Of a DNA stretch of 64,000 nt, positions 9,268-17,335 are shown piece after piece. The notes under the pieces are model-generated. The model was not told the origin of the DNA, ran no database searches, and saw only the letters and a program-made list of their open reading frames with translations. Positions within the stretch are counted from its first letter, which is position 1; the number at the start of each line of letters is the position of its first letter. The stretch lies in IMG/VR virus record IMGVR_UViG_3300036760_001400. One strand, written 5' to 3'. Made by a program: the position numbers and the translations under genes. The stretch is from an uncultured virus (IMG/VR IMGVR_UViG_3300036760_001400). Taxonomy: Duplodnaviria > Heunggongvirae > Uroviricota > Caudoviricetes.

Positions 9268-9798
9268 ATGGCCAAGCGTGTCATCCAGGAGCCGTATTTT
9301 ATTTATCCCGGTGAACGTCGTCCCGTGATTGTCCAGGCCAAGAACAAACGCCACGCGATCCACAAGGTGCAGGAGAGCCCTGAGTATGACGGTTTTCCCC
9401 CCTATGTCTTCACGATCGAAGACTTCAACAAACGCTGCCTCTCCAGCGTGAAGGTAGCTGAGCCCGTGGAGAAAATCGATAAAGTCTATAAAGTCGATGA
9501 GGTCGATATCGCTCTCTTTATCGCGGTCAAGTCGGTCGAGGGGGCCGTGAACGAGGTCTTCGTAGCTCCCACCAAGGGGATGATCGTTTCGGAGGCCGAC
9601 AAGCTGGGGCGTCATCTTTGTCCAGGAATCGATTCCCTGGTCGTCTACAAAATCCCCATGCCCGATGATCTGGATAGCGCGGAAAGTCCGAAGGAGCCCA
9701 TCCGTGCCAGTTTCTTCTACAAGCCCCCGCTTGGAAAGAATCCAAAAGTCGCAGATGCCGCGCTCGTAGATGGTCGGATCCAGAAAGAGATTAAATAG
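9268..9798 (+). CDS. hypothetical protein
   Basis: AGGAGG SD; first gene of the divergent operon. Confidence 0.65.
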   Translation: MAKRVIQEPYFIYPGERRPVIVQAKNKRHAIHKVQESPEYDGFPPYVFTIEDFNKRCLSSVKVAEPVEKIDKVYKVDEVDIALFIAVKSVEGAVNEVFVAPTKGMIVSEADKLGRHLCPGIDSLVVYKIPMPDDLDSAESPKEPIRASFFYKPPLGKNPKVADAALVDGRIQKEIK

Positions 9799-9807
9799 GA
9801 GATTGCC

Positions 9808-10395
9808 ATGCTGAAAGTAGAAGACTTCATGCTCGAGGAAACGCGTGAGGAGGCCGAACGTAAGATCCTCAAGAAGGGAATTGACGGCGTGAAAGAAATG
9901 GCTTTCGGTTTCCTTGGAAAGGCGAACGGCCTCTACAGGCGCGCTTCCAGGGGAGACCCAAACCCGATGCTGGTCGGAAAGGCCATCGCCTATCTCACAT
10001 GTTTCCAGGACCTGGCTCCCGTCATCGGAATCAAGAAAGAGCTTTACCTGCCTGTGATCAAAACCCTGTGGGAAAAGCTTGGGGAGATTTCCGTGAAGGT
10101 CGAGGACGAGGGAAAAAAGACCATCATTGAGCATCGTCGCGATCCTGCCGGAATCAAGGTGGAGCAGGACAAGCTGGAGCTTGACAAGAAGAAGGTCGAG
10201 GTCAGGGAGGCTAAAGCCGAGCTGACGATTGTCGATGACCGTTCAGCGGTGAATGAAAGGATGATTGAAGACGTGTCTATGTGGCTTCATCGAAGCCTTG
10301 GCTATGACAAGAAGGACGCCGATCGGAGGGCGCGTATGGTCTACAAGCCAGGCGCCTCGCTTGAGGAGCTGATTTCTGCGGGATGTAGAGTGTAA
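9808..10395 (+). CDS. hypothetical protein with RuvA C-terminal-like helical tail
   Basis: Ends SLGYDKKDADRRARMVYKPGASLEELISAG, resembling LGY...A.......S.EELI. Confidence 0.5.
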   Translation: MLKVEDFMLEETREEAERKILKKGIDGVKEMAFGFLGKANGLYRRASRGDPNPMLVGKAIAYLTCFQDLAPVIGIKKELYLPVIKTLWEKLGEISVKVEDEGKKTIIEHRRDPAGIKVEQDKLELDKKKVEVREAKAELTIVDDRSAVNERMIEDVSMWLHRSLGYDKKDADRRARMVYKPGASLEELISAGCRV

Positions 10396-10408
10396 AGGGA
10401 GAAGCGTC

Positions 10409-10696
10409 ATGGAAGAAAGGAAACGCTGTAACTGCCGTACCTGCGAATACGGTAGAGAAATTCAGGCTCTCGCAGACCGTCAGGCAACTCCAGAAGACAA
10501 GCGCAGAATCGAGAGGCTCTATGAGTCTTTTGCGCTTGAGGAGGATGATAACGGAATGTATCGAGGCCGCTGGACGGCTATGAAGGATGTCCTATGTCTG
10601 ATTCGAAAGGATCATTTCCTATCCAAGGGTTATGATCATCGACTCGATGGACATGAGGAATGCAGGCTGTGTGAATTACTTACAGGCCTTAGGTAG
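10409..10696 (+). CDS. hypothetical protein with Cys motifs
   Basis: GGGAG SD; CxCxxC and CxxC. Confidence 0.5.
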   Translation: MEERKRCNCRTCEYGREIQALADRQATPEDKRRIERLYESFALEEDDNGMYRGRWTAMKDVLCLIRKDHFLSKGYDHRLDGHEECRLCELLTGLR

Positions 10697-10860
10697 GAGG
10701 GAAAGAGATGAGCTGGATCTTTGCATTCATGGCGATGGAGCGTAAATACGGTTGGGGTCGTCCATTCCAGGCTGTCTGGAATCTATGGACTCGAAAGAGT
10801 CCATGGCGCGCCTGGGGAAATAAACCGACGTTTACGTTGGCATCTTGAATCAAAGGAAGG

Positions 10861-11157
10861 ATGATGGTAGATCTACAGCGCATCCGAGATATGCGGGATC
10901 AGATCAGGGGAATCCTCGGGGTAAAGATCGGGGAGCCCATCACGGACGAGATGCTTTCCGCTGCCGTAGCGAGCCTCTCGGAGATCTGGACGTTTCGGAT
11001 CCTCTGCTCTCCGGAGCGTCATACAACCCTGAGCGCCGTTGACCTGATGAAGAAGATCTCGGAGGAGATCAGTTTACTTCTCATGAAGCAGGCCGACGAG
11101 ATGCTCCCTCACGCGAAGACGTTTTCGTTTTTCCATAAGCCAAAGGATCAATCTTAG
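10861..11157 (+). CDS. hypothetical protein
   Basis: AAGGAAGG SD. Confidence 0.5.
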   Translation: MMVDLQRIRDMRDQIRGILGVKIGEPITDEMLSAAVASLSEIWTFRILCSPERHTTLSAVDLMKKISEEISLLLMKQADEMLPHAKTFSFFHKPKDQS

Positions 11158-11170
11158 AAAAGGGCTAGAT

Positions 11171-11470
11171 ATGCAAACGTACCAACATGGAGACTACGCG
11201 CATACGTGGTCGGTGTCCTGCTTGATCTGCCAGAGGGAACTACAGGAGAAACTCGACGCCGCACTTCTTCAGAATGACAGACTGAAGAACCTGAGGGATC
11301 TGGAGGACTACAGTCGTGGAGAGATTACGCTCTCTCGGCTAAGCGAGATCTTGGGCCAGTCGCCGCCTGTTCTCCGGGCTTTGCTCGTTCAGGTCGGGAA
11401 GGTCGCGAGTGGGAAAGAAAGTGAGGGCTTCGGTAAACCCCTTGGAACCAAACAGAAGGAAAGGCTGTGA
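11171..11470 (+). CDS. small protein with UPF0175-like HTH
   Basis: YSRGEITLSRLSEILGQS resembles the Y..G.IS..KAAELLG helix-turn-helix. Confidence 0.45.
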   Translation: MQTYQHGDYAHTWSVSCLICQRELQEKLDAALLQNDRLKNLRDLEDYSRGEITLSRLSEILGQSPPVLRALLVQVGKVASGKESEGFGKPLGTKQKERL

Positions 11471-11498
11471 TTTCTTTTCCGCTATTCCATTTTTACCG

Positions 11499-11529
11499 TT
11501 GACACATTCCTCGCCTTAGGGTATATCTT
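11499..11529 (+). promoter_or_regulatory. sigma70-type promoter
   Basis: TTGACA, 17 nt, TATATC(TT), upstream of the structured leader. Confidence 0.6.
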
Positions 11530-11534
11530 CCTAC

Positions 11535-11707
11535 CGAGAGTAGCCGCGAAGGGACCTTGTGAAAGAACTGGAAAAGGCGTTTAAGCTGGGCGTTGTCTCC
11601 TGCAACTCTCTCGCAGGTGCCAACACCCTTTGCGGCGTGGGAGCACGCCCGGCTTAAACGCCTTTTTCTTTTTCTAGAACATACAGCCCTTCCTGGGAGT
11701 AACTCTC
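11535..11707 (+). ncRNA. structured 5' leader RNA of the DUF3987 gene
   Basis: ~22-bp stem 11572-11593/11645-11666 with G-U pairs; 11543-11553 is complementary to loop segment 11626-11636. Confidence 0.6.
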
Positions 11708-11722
11708 AACCAAGGAGGCTGC

Positions 11723-13018
11723 GTGTCCCAACAGTCCTCGTGGATCGATCGGTACGTATCGACTGTAGAGCGATATACCGACAGCCCTACGATCTTCATC
11801 AGAACGGCCGCCTACTTCGTAGCCGGGGCGGCCATCAGGAAGCTGGCCTACTTCAGAGAGTCAAAAAACCTTTTTCCAAACCTCTACTACGTTCTGGTCG
11901 CCCCTCCCGCCCGCTTCAGAAAAACCCACGCGCTCAACTTGGGTCTCACTGTCCTTGAGGAGGTGGTTCCCTGTAATCACTTTCTTCCTCAAGGTGGGAG
12001 CGACCAAGGTTTCGATGTAGCGCTTGTCCAGACCGATGGCTATGGGATCGCGTACTACGAAGAGCTCATGAAGTTCCTCGCCCTCTCGTCAAGGGAGCAC
12101 ACCTCCCAGATGGGGGTAAAGTTCCTCGAGTACTTCGATCCGTCCGGAAAGGACACGGTCACCAGAACGAAGAAGGATGGGGAGCTCGTGATTCCGAAGG
12201 GCACGTGTTCAACCTTTGCTTCAGCCTGCACGGATGATGACTTCCTTAAGTTCATGAGTTCAGGCGCCGTATCGAGCGGTCAGCTTTCGAGGTGCCTGGT
12301 CGTCAGCCCAAGCGAGGAGGACATCAGGCCTACCTATACAACCGTGCCTATTGTCCCGGATCATTTCTACCACAGCATGGCATCCGATCTTAAGAGCATC
12401 CTTCCAAAGTTCCAGACGGAATACAGGTTCACGAAGGATGCTTTAGATGAGATTGCCAGCTGCGATGATGCGGTATCGGAGTGGCACGAGGAGAACCATA
12501 ACTACGTCCTTCGGAAATCGACCGCGCGGGTCACCCACATCCTGAAGCGCCTGGCTCTCATCACGGCGGTCATGCGTGGGTCTAAGAATATCGTAGAACC
12601 GGAAGACGTGCAGGCAGCGTGGACAGGTCTCGTTTCCCCTCATTACCTTCGAACGATCAAGTACTTTGCCCGCTTTGGACAGCAGGAACGCTCAGACCAG
12701 ATGCTCAGGACGAATATCCAAAGACGGCTTGAGGGGGCTCCATCCACGGTACTTATCCTGGCGAGGGATTTGAACGAGAAACCGGAACATGTCTTCATGG
12801 CTGTCATGACGCTTCTCAAGCACGGGTCGATTTTCAAGGAGACCTTTAAGGGAGTTTCTTACTGGCGATCCTACGATCAAGAGAGTGACATAGATCCGAA
12901 CACTCCTATTGCCAAGGAAGAGAAGATCATCCGGGAGCTTCGTAAGCTTCTCAAGGAAGACGGCAAACCAAAGAAAGCTGGAAACATAATCAGGGTGGAG
13001 CATGAGGAGAAAGTCTGA
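11723..13018 (+). CDS. DUF3987/YfjI-like P-loop helicase of phage replication modules
   Basis: TDSPTIF...FPNLYYVLVAPPARFRKT (variant Walker A), YYEEL (Walker B), SGQLSR; AAGGAGG SD before GTG. Confidence 0.8.
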   Translation: MSQQSSWIDRYVSTVERYTDSPTIFIRTAAYFVAGAAIRKLAYFRESKNLFPNLYYVLVAPPARFRKTHALNLGLTVLEEVVPCNHFLPQGGSDQGFDVALVQTDGYGIAYYEELMKFLALSSREHTSQMGVKFLEYFDPSGKDTVTRTKKDGELVIPKGTCSTFASACTDDDFLKFMSSGAVSSGQLSRCLVVSPSEEDIRPTYTTVPIVPDHFYHSMASDLKSILPKFQTEYRFTKDALDEIASCDDAVSEWHEENHNYVLRKSTARVTHILKRLALITAVMRGSKNIVEPEDVQAAWTGLVSPHYLRTIKYFARFGQQERSDQMLRTNIQRRLEGAPSTVLILARDLNEKPEHVFMAVMTLLKHGSIFKETFKGVSYWRSYDQESDIDPNTPIAKEEKIIRELRKLLKEDGKPKKAGNIIRVEHEEKV

Positions 13019-13197
13019 TGGATCTTAAATGCCAGAGCTGTAAAGCCTCTCTCGTTCATACGGGAGACGGTTCCGATAGCGTTTCAACCTACACGGTCTA
13101 CGACTGCAGGAACTGCGGAGCCACTTTCATCCTTGCCGTAGAAGACGGTAAAGAAAAGATGGTGCAGGTGAGGGAGGCCCTTTTCAGGTACTCGTAG
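13018..13197 (+). CDS. small zinc-ribbon protein
   Basis: ATG overlaps the upstream TGA; CQSC...CRNC; below the ORF-track length cutoff. Confidence 0.55.
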   Translation: MDLKCQSCKASLVHTGDGSDSVSTYTVYDCRNCGATFILAVEDGKEKMVQVREALFRYS

Positions 13198-13383
13198 CAA
13201 CCGCGGGCTCCGCCTGTAGCGGGGTCCGATTGTTCTTTGATAGATGGACCAATCCTTGGCGGGATTTGTCTATCTGTATAACGTACCCAGGTCCTCTTCT
13301 GTGTGGGTTTCACCCCGGCATGGGGGAGGGCGCTGGAACGCCCTCCATAGGAGAGCATTCCAGCGCTTGTGAAAGGAGCGAGA

Positions 13384-13614
13384 ATGAGGGTGGTCAGCTG
13401 CGATCGGTGTAACATGCCCCTGGGGCATGCAAGCAGAACGCTTGCACTTTCGGAAGCTACGGCCAGGCCGCATGATACGTCAGCGATGGTCTACTTTCCG
13501 CGTGCACTGGACATCGGTCGAAAGCTTGTCCAATCCGATTTCTGTGCAAGCTGCCTGGATGATCTTGAGACCTGGTTTAATTCCAAAAAGTTCGAAGGTA
13601 AGGAAATCAGATGA
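13384..13614 (+). CDS. small zinc-ribbon protein
   Basis: AAGGAG SD; CDRC...DFCASC. Confidence 0.6.
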   Translation: MRVVSCDRCNMPLGHASRTLALSEATARPHDTSAMVYFPRALDIGRKLVQSDFCASCLDDLETWFNSKKFEGKEIR

Positions 13615-14990
13615 TCTGTCCAAGGTGCGAGAAACCTTCGGCCCTTTTTGTCCAGAAGATCACGATGGACAAGAGGGATACGAAAAGGAACGTCCTCGTG
13701 GAAGGAAAGGAAGTTTTCCTCTGCGACCCATGCAAGCGTGACTGGATCTCGACTTCATCCCTCTTCAGGGTCTACTGGAAAAAGGTCCGCACCAAGAAGC
13801 TTGGGGACCTTGAATTCGAGTTCATGTACTCCATGTTCCTGAAGGAGAACGAGAGATACGGGAGAAGCAACAAGAGGAAGTTTGCCCAGGCTGCCGTAGC
13901 TACGATCGGCGTCAATTCCATGGCGGATATCCCCAAACGCGCTTCGGTCTTCATTCCGGATGCTGATATCCTGACCCGTGAAGATTACGCCTGGGCCGCC
14001 GGTGTCATCGATGCCGTGAACGCAGCGGTAACCTCAAGTGGTGATCCCAAGAAGACCTGCCTCTCCATCAACCTGAACAAGAAGGACATCCTTGATCGGA
14101 TGGTCGATCTGGTCGGTGGAAAGGTGGTCAAGAGCGGAGAGAGCTGGCTCTTTACCACGACCCGGGATAATTCGGAAAGCCTGCTTCGACGCATGGATCC
14201 GTACCTCAAGTGCTCCAGGAAGAACCATCCAACCTCCCTCTCTGATGATGACCGCACGTTGGGATGGCTGGCCGGATTCATCCAAGCTTCCGCTGGAGAC
14301 GGTATCAAGACACGGTGTGAGTGGGCTTCCAAGGTCTTGGCAACCTTCTTTGATGGTGAAATGTCGTTTGACCGGGGGGTCTGGACCTTCTATCCTGAAG
14401 AAGGGATGTGGGAGAAACTGAAGATTTTCATTCATAGAAAAATTGATCCTGCCGGCGCTCAAGGCCCAAGGGCAGGATTGATTCCCAGGGAGGCTGGCCG
14501 CCTTCCGGATCCCGTGGGGGTGGGCATCGCTCTGGGTATACCGAAAGGTTCCCATCGAGAGCGCCCCCACGGGCCCAAACCGAATTCCGAAGTGGGTTCA
14601 AATCCCACGGTGGAAGGCGGCCAGATCGTCGTTCCGAAGTTGGAGTTTCCCCCTCCCTCTTCGGTTTGGGACAGCGCCCCGACGATCGAGATCGGGGAAA
14701 AGACATTTTCCAGGCTCAAGGAGAAGTCTTGCTTCCTTTGCAAGAGGATTGCCAAGGACCTGGAAAAGGACATGATGATCCTTAAAATGTCCAGCGAGAC
14801 GACGCTGCTTGGGAAGATCAGGCATCTATACGCTGAACTCGAGATCGAGCCCAAGCAGGATTGTGAGCAGTGTGGGCAGGAAGTGGCCTTGAGGCATTTC
14901 GAAGAAGACTTCAAGTTGTGCGAGAACTGCTCTCGTAATGAGAAGGTTGTTTTCGAAGTGCAAGAAGACAAGAAGTGGACGATGGTGTGA
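13611..14990 (+). CDS. degenerate double-LAGLIDADG protein with flanking zinc ribbons
   Basis: YAWAAGVIDA and LGWLAGFIQA helices, each followed by homing-endonuclease-like segments (ILDRMVDLVGGKV, LLRRMDPYL); CxxC pairs at both termini. Confidence 0.65.
   Translation: MICPRCEKPSALFVQKITMDKRDTKRNVLVEGKEVFLCDPCKRDWISTSSLFRVYWKKVRTKKLGDLEFEFMYSMFLKENERYGRSNKRKFAQAAVATIGVNSMADIPKRASVFIPDADILTREDYAWAAGVIDAVNAAVTSSGDPKKTCLSINLNKKDILDRMVDLVGGKVVKSGESWLFTTTRDNSESLLRRMDPYLKCSRKNHPTSLSDDDRTLGWLAGFIQASAGDGIKTRCEWASKVLATFFDGEMSFDRGVWTFYPEEGMWEKLKIFIHRKIDPAGAQGPRAGLIPREAGRLPDPVGVGIALGIPKGSHRERPHGPKPNSEVGSNPTVEGGQIVVPKLEFPPPSSVWDSAPTIEIGEKTFSRLKEKSCFLCKRIAKDLEKDMMILKMSSETTLLGKIRHLYAELEIEPKQDCEQCGQEVALRHFEEDFKLCENCSRNEKVVFEVQEDKKWTMV
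14445..14687 (+). ncRNA. highly structured RNA with a tRNA T-arm, embedded in the CDS
   Basis: 13-bp, 10-bp, 8-bp and 11-bp perfect complementary segments, GAAA tetraloop, GTGGG-TTCAAAT-CCCAC arm. Confidence 0.6.
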
Positions 14991-15174
14991 TATCAGCGCT
15001 GGTTTCTTTTTAACGTGGTTAGGAGGGTTTGACGGCAAGAAGATGATCGCGAACCGGATGAACGAAACTCGACCGGACTGACTGAAGAAGTAGCGCGTGT
15101 CCCTGTTGTACAGATGGTGGTAGCTACACTGTCTGCCTCAAGCCTGGATATCCAGTTCCAAAGGAGGTTTTCCC

Positions 15175-16086
15175 ATGTCCAGTCATTTGGCGGCGATCGA
15201 GGTGATGAAACTGCCTTGGATCGCTCTCTTGTTCATGCTGGCACACTGGAAGACGGCGGTGGCCGCTGTCTGGGGTGTCGGCTTCACCGTCATCCTTGTC
15301 AAGAGGATGTGCGAGTGGTATCGCGAAGACGGCCGTGATGCTGCGGTCGGAGCTTCTTCTGAGGGGGCTATTTTCTCCAACATGAAGCTGCTTTCCCGTG
15401 ATCGTCGTGGGGCCCGTCTGAAGGGTCTCATGACAAACGGGCTCTTCTGGATCCTCTACCTGGCTCATGCGACCGGTAAGAGGATCGCCAAATGGGCTTT
15501 CTACCCGATCCTTGTCGTCCTGGATAAGGCCCAGACGAAGGGAATCGAGGAAGGGAAGATTCCTGGGCTCAAGCATCTTCCGGTCATCGTAACCGATGAT
15601 ACGGATGGCCTTCCCAGTCCCGAGCCGACGGTTCTCATCGAGGGAGAGAATGCGTCGAAGTGCGTGAGCTGCAAGATGGTCGTGGCTCGCAGCAGCCGGC
15701 CTCATGTGTGTGAGAGCTTGGGAGAAGTCCATCTTGAAGGACTGAGAATCGTTCCTCCGGTCGCCGTACGCTCCATGCCCAAGAAGAAGTCCATGAAGTG
15801 CGATGACTGTAGCAAGATGATCATCGAGGACAGCAGCCACAAGTGCCTTAGCCGCGCTTGTGTCGATGATGATAGCGTGGTCCACTGCGAGTGTGGCACG
15901 GTCTACGTGCAGACCGATGACTTCGAGCACGTGTGCCCCGAGGAGGATGAGAAAGATCTCCAGGCCGAATGCAAGGACTGCGAGATCGAGTACGATCCGT
16001 CCGTGGACGTGCACGTTGCCCGATTCTGCAAGGGCTGCGATGAAGTCCACTGCAAGAAGCAGGACTGCGGCCACGTGGTCGCATAG
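15175..16086 (+). CDS. membrane-anchored protein with Cys/His-rich C-terminus
   Basis: AAGGAGG SD; hydrophobic N-terminal segments; repeated CxxC...HxC. Confidence 0.6.
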   Translation: MSSHLAAIEVMKLPWIALLFMLAHWKTAVAAVWGVGFTVILVKRMCEWYREDGRDAAVGASSEGAIFSNMKLLSRDRRGARLKGLMTNGLFWILYLAHATGKRIAKWAFYPILVVLDKAQTKGIEEGKIPGLKHLPVIVTDDTDGLPSPEPTVLIEGENASKCVSCKMVVARSSRPHVCESLGEVHLEGLRIVPPVAVRSMPKKKSMKCDDCSKMIIEDSSHKCLSRACVDDDSVVHCECGTVYVQTDDFEHVCPEEDEKDLQAECKDCEIEYDPSVDVHVARFCKGCDEVHCKKQDCGHVVA

Positions 16087-16118
16087 TCGAGTAGTTAACC
16101 CGGCGTGAAGTTGACGGG

Positions 16119-16149
16119 GGGGGTGGGCTCCCGAAGGGGGCCCACCCCC
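16119..16149 (+). terminator. GC-rich hairpin
   Basis: GGGGTGGGCTCC-CGAA-GGGGGCCCACCCC after the gene; no U-tract. Confidence 0.5.
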
Positions 16150-16175
16150 ATCCTGGCCTGAGTAAGGAGGCAGTC

Positions 16176-16427
16176 ATGTGGAAAGCTGAGGTCTGTGCGG
16201 CCATAGCTTGCATTTCCCTCGTAGTACTTTGCTTCAAGCTCCTCCGTTGCGTCCATGCCTGGGAGCTGGTCGATAAGACCGAAATGAAGCCTCCTATCGA
16301 GGACATGAGAGCTGGGATGGACTACAGTCTACTCGATACAAGGTGGATGGTCAGGCGGGTTCTTATCCTTGTTATCCGCTGTCCCAAGTGCGGGACTGCC
16401 AAGGTTATCAGGGAAACGAATCCGTAA
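16176..16427 (+). CDS. small membrane-anchored zinc-ribbon protein
   Basis: AAGGAGG SD; hydrophobic start; CxH...CPKC. Confidence 0.55.
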   Translation: MWKAEVCAAIACISLVVLCFKLLRCVHAWELVDKTEMKPPIEDMRAGMDYSLLDTRWMVRRVLILVIRCPKCGTAKVIRETNP

Positions 16428-16584
16428 TGAAGTACTGCAACCGGCACAAGACCCGCAAGGCCGCTCTCAAGGTCTTATGGGCCGATGGGCGGGCTGTCTG
16501 GTATTCCTGCGGACAGACTTGCCTGAAAGTCTGGAAGAAGAAGACGGGACGGTGGGCCTGTGTTGTAAAGGTATCTGAGGTATC

Positions 16585-16905
16585 ATGAAGGTTCTTGAGC
16601 GCGATATCTCGAAGAAATGGATTGCCGCTCATCTCAAACTTCATCCTGGCGATTATGCCTATAGAATCATCGATACTCCATGGGGTGGCGCGAAGCCGTT
16701 CGATTGGTTCCTGTTTTGCGGGAACATGACGTTTGCCATTGAGTTCAAGGTCGATCGGCGAAAAAAATTCAAGTACTCAATCTCCGAGATCATGCCGCAT
16801 CAGCGCTCCGAACTTCTCAAGTTCCACAATGGAAAAGAAAGGATGTCCAAGGTCATTGTCTATCACCCTGACTCGGATCAATGGTTTGAAATCGAGGTGA
16901 AATAA
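16585..16905 (+). CDS. RecU/VRR-NUC-like PD-(D/E)XK nuclease (Holliday junction resolvase)
   Basis: E...KPFD...AIEFK...IMPHQ motif. Confidence 0.75.
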   Translation: MKVLERDISKKWIAAHLKLHPGDYAYRIIDTPWGGAKPFDWFLFCGNMTFAIEFKVDRRKKFKYSISEIMPHQRSELLKFHNGKERMSKVIVYHPDSDQWFEIEVK

Positions 16906-17335
16906 TGAGCCGCTCTCACTACTGCCGCGAGGGGGAAGATATCGCGATCGAGTGGTTGAAGCGTTATCCGCGTATCATCACATACTGTTTTTCGTGCCGT
17001 AAGAGGATGAGGAGCGTTCCGGTTGATGACGCTCATCTTTCCTGGTTTCCAATGATTCACGAGATGATCGCCTACGCCAGGAGGGTTGGATTCCATGAGT
17101 AGCAATCTTTGGGAAGCGTCCCTTACGGGCGATCTGGTCTGCGGTCATTGCGGTCATGTGACGATTGTCCATGATAAGCAGAAGCTTATCCAGGGAGTTT
17201 TGGCCTGCTATCAATGCAGGCATTCTTTAGAGCTCAAACTGGAGATCATTGATCTTGCGGAGAAGAGAGCGATGGCTGCCTATCCAGGCGGACGTCCGCA
17301 GGAAGGTGGTCCAAAATGGAAGGGAGAAAACCTAT

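Noticed and set aside
9070..10134. Long antisense ORFs (also 7692..8615, 15124..16074, 58801..59574)
   Set aside because: They lie opposite better-supported genes that have SD sites and motifs; treated as shadow ORFs
14592..14623. Canonical tRNA, tRNA-Sec or tmRNA at the T-arm...CCA
   Set aside because: No D arm or anticodon arm at the right spacing, and the CCA is paired inside a 13-bp stem; reported as a tRNA-like RNA instead
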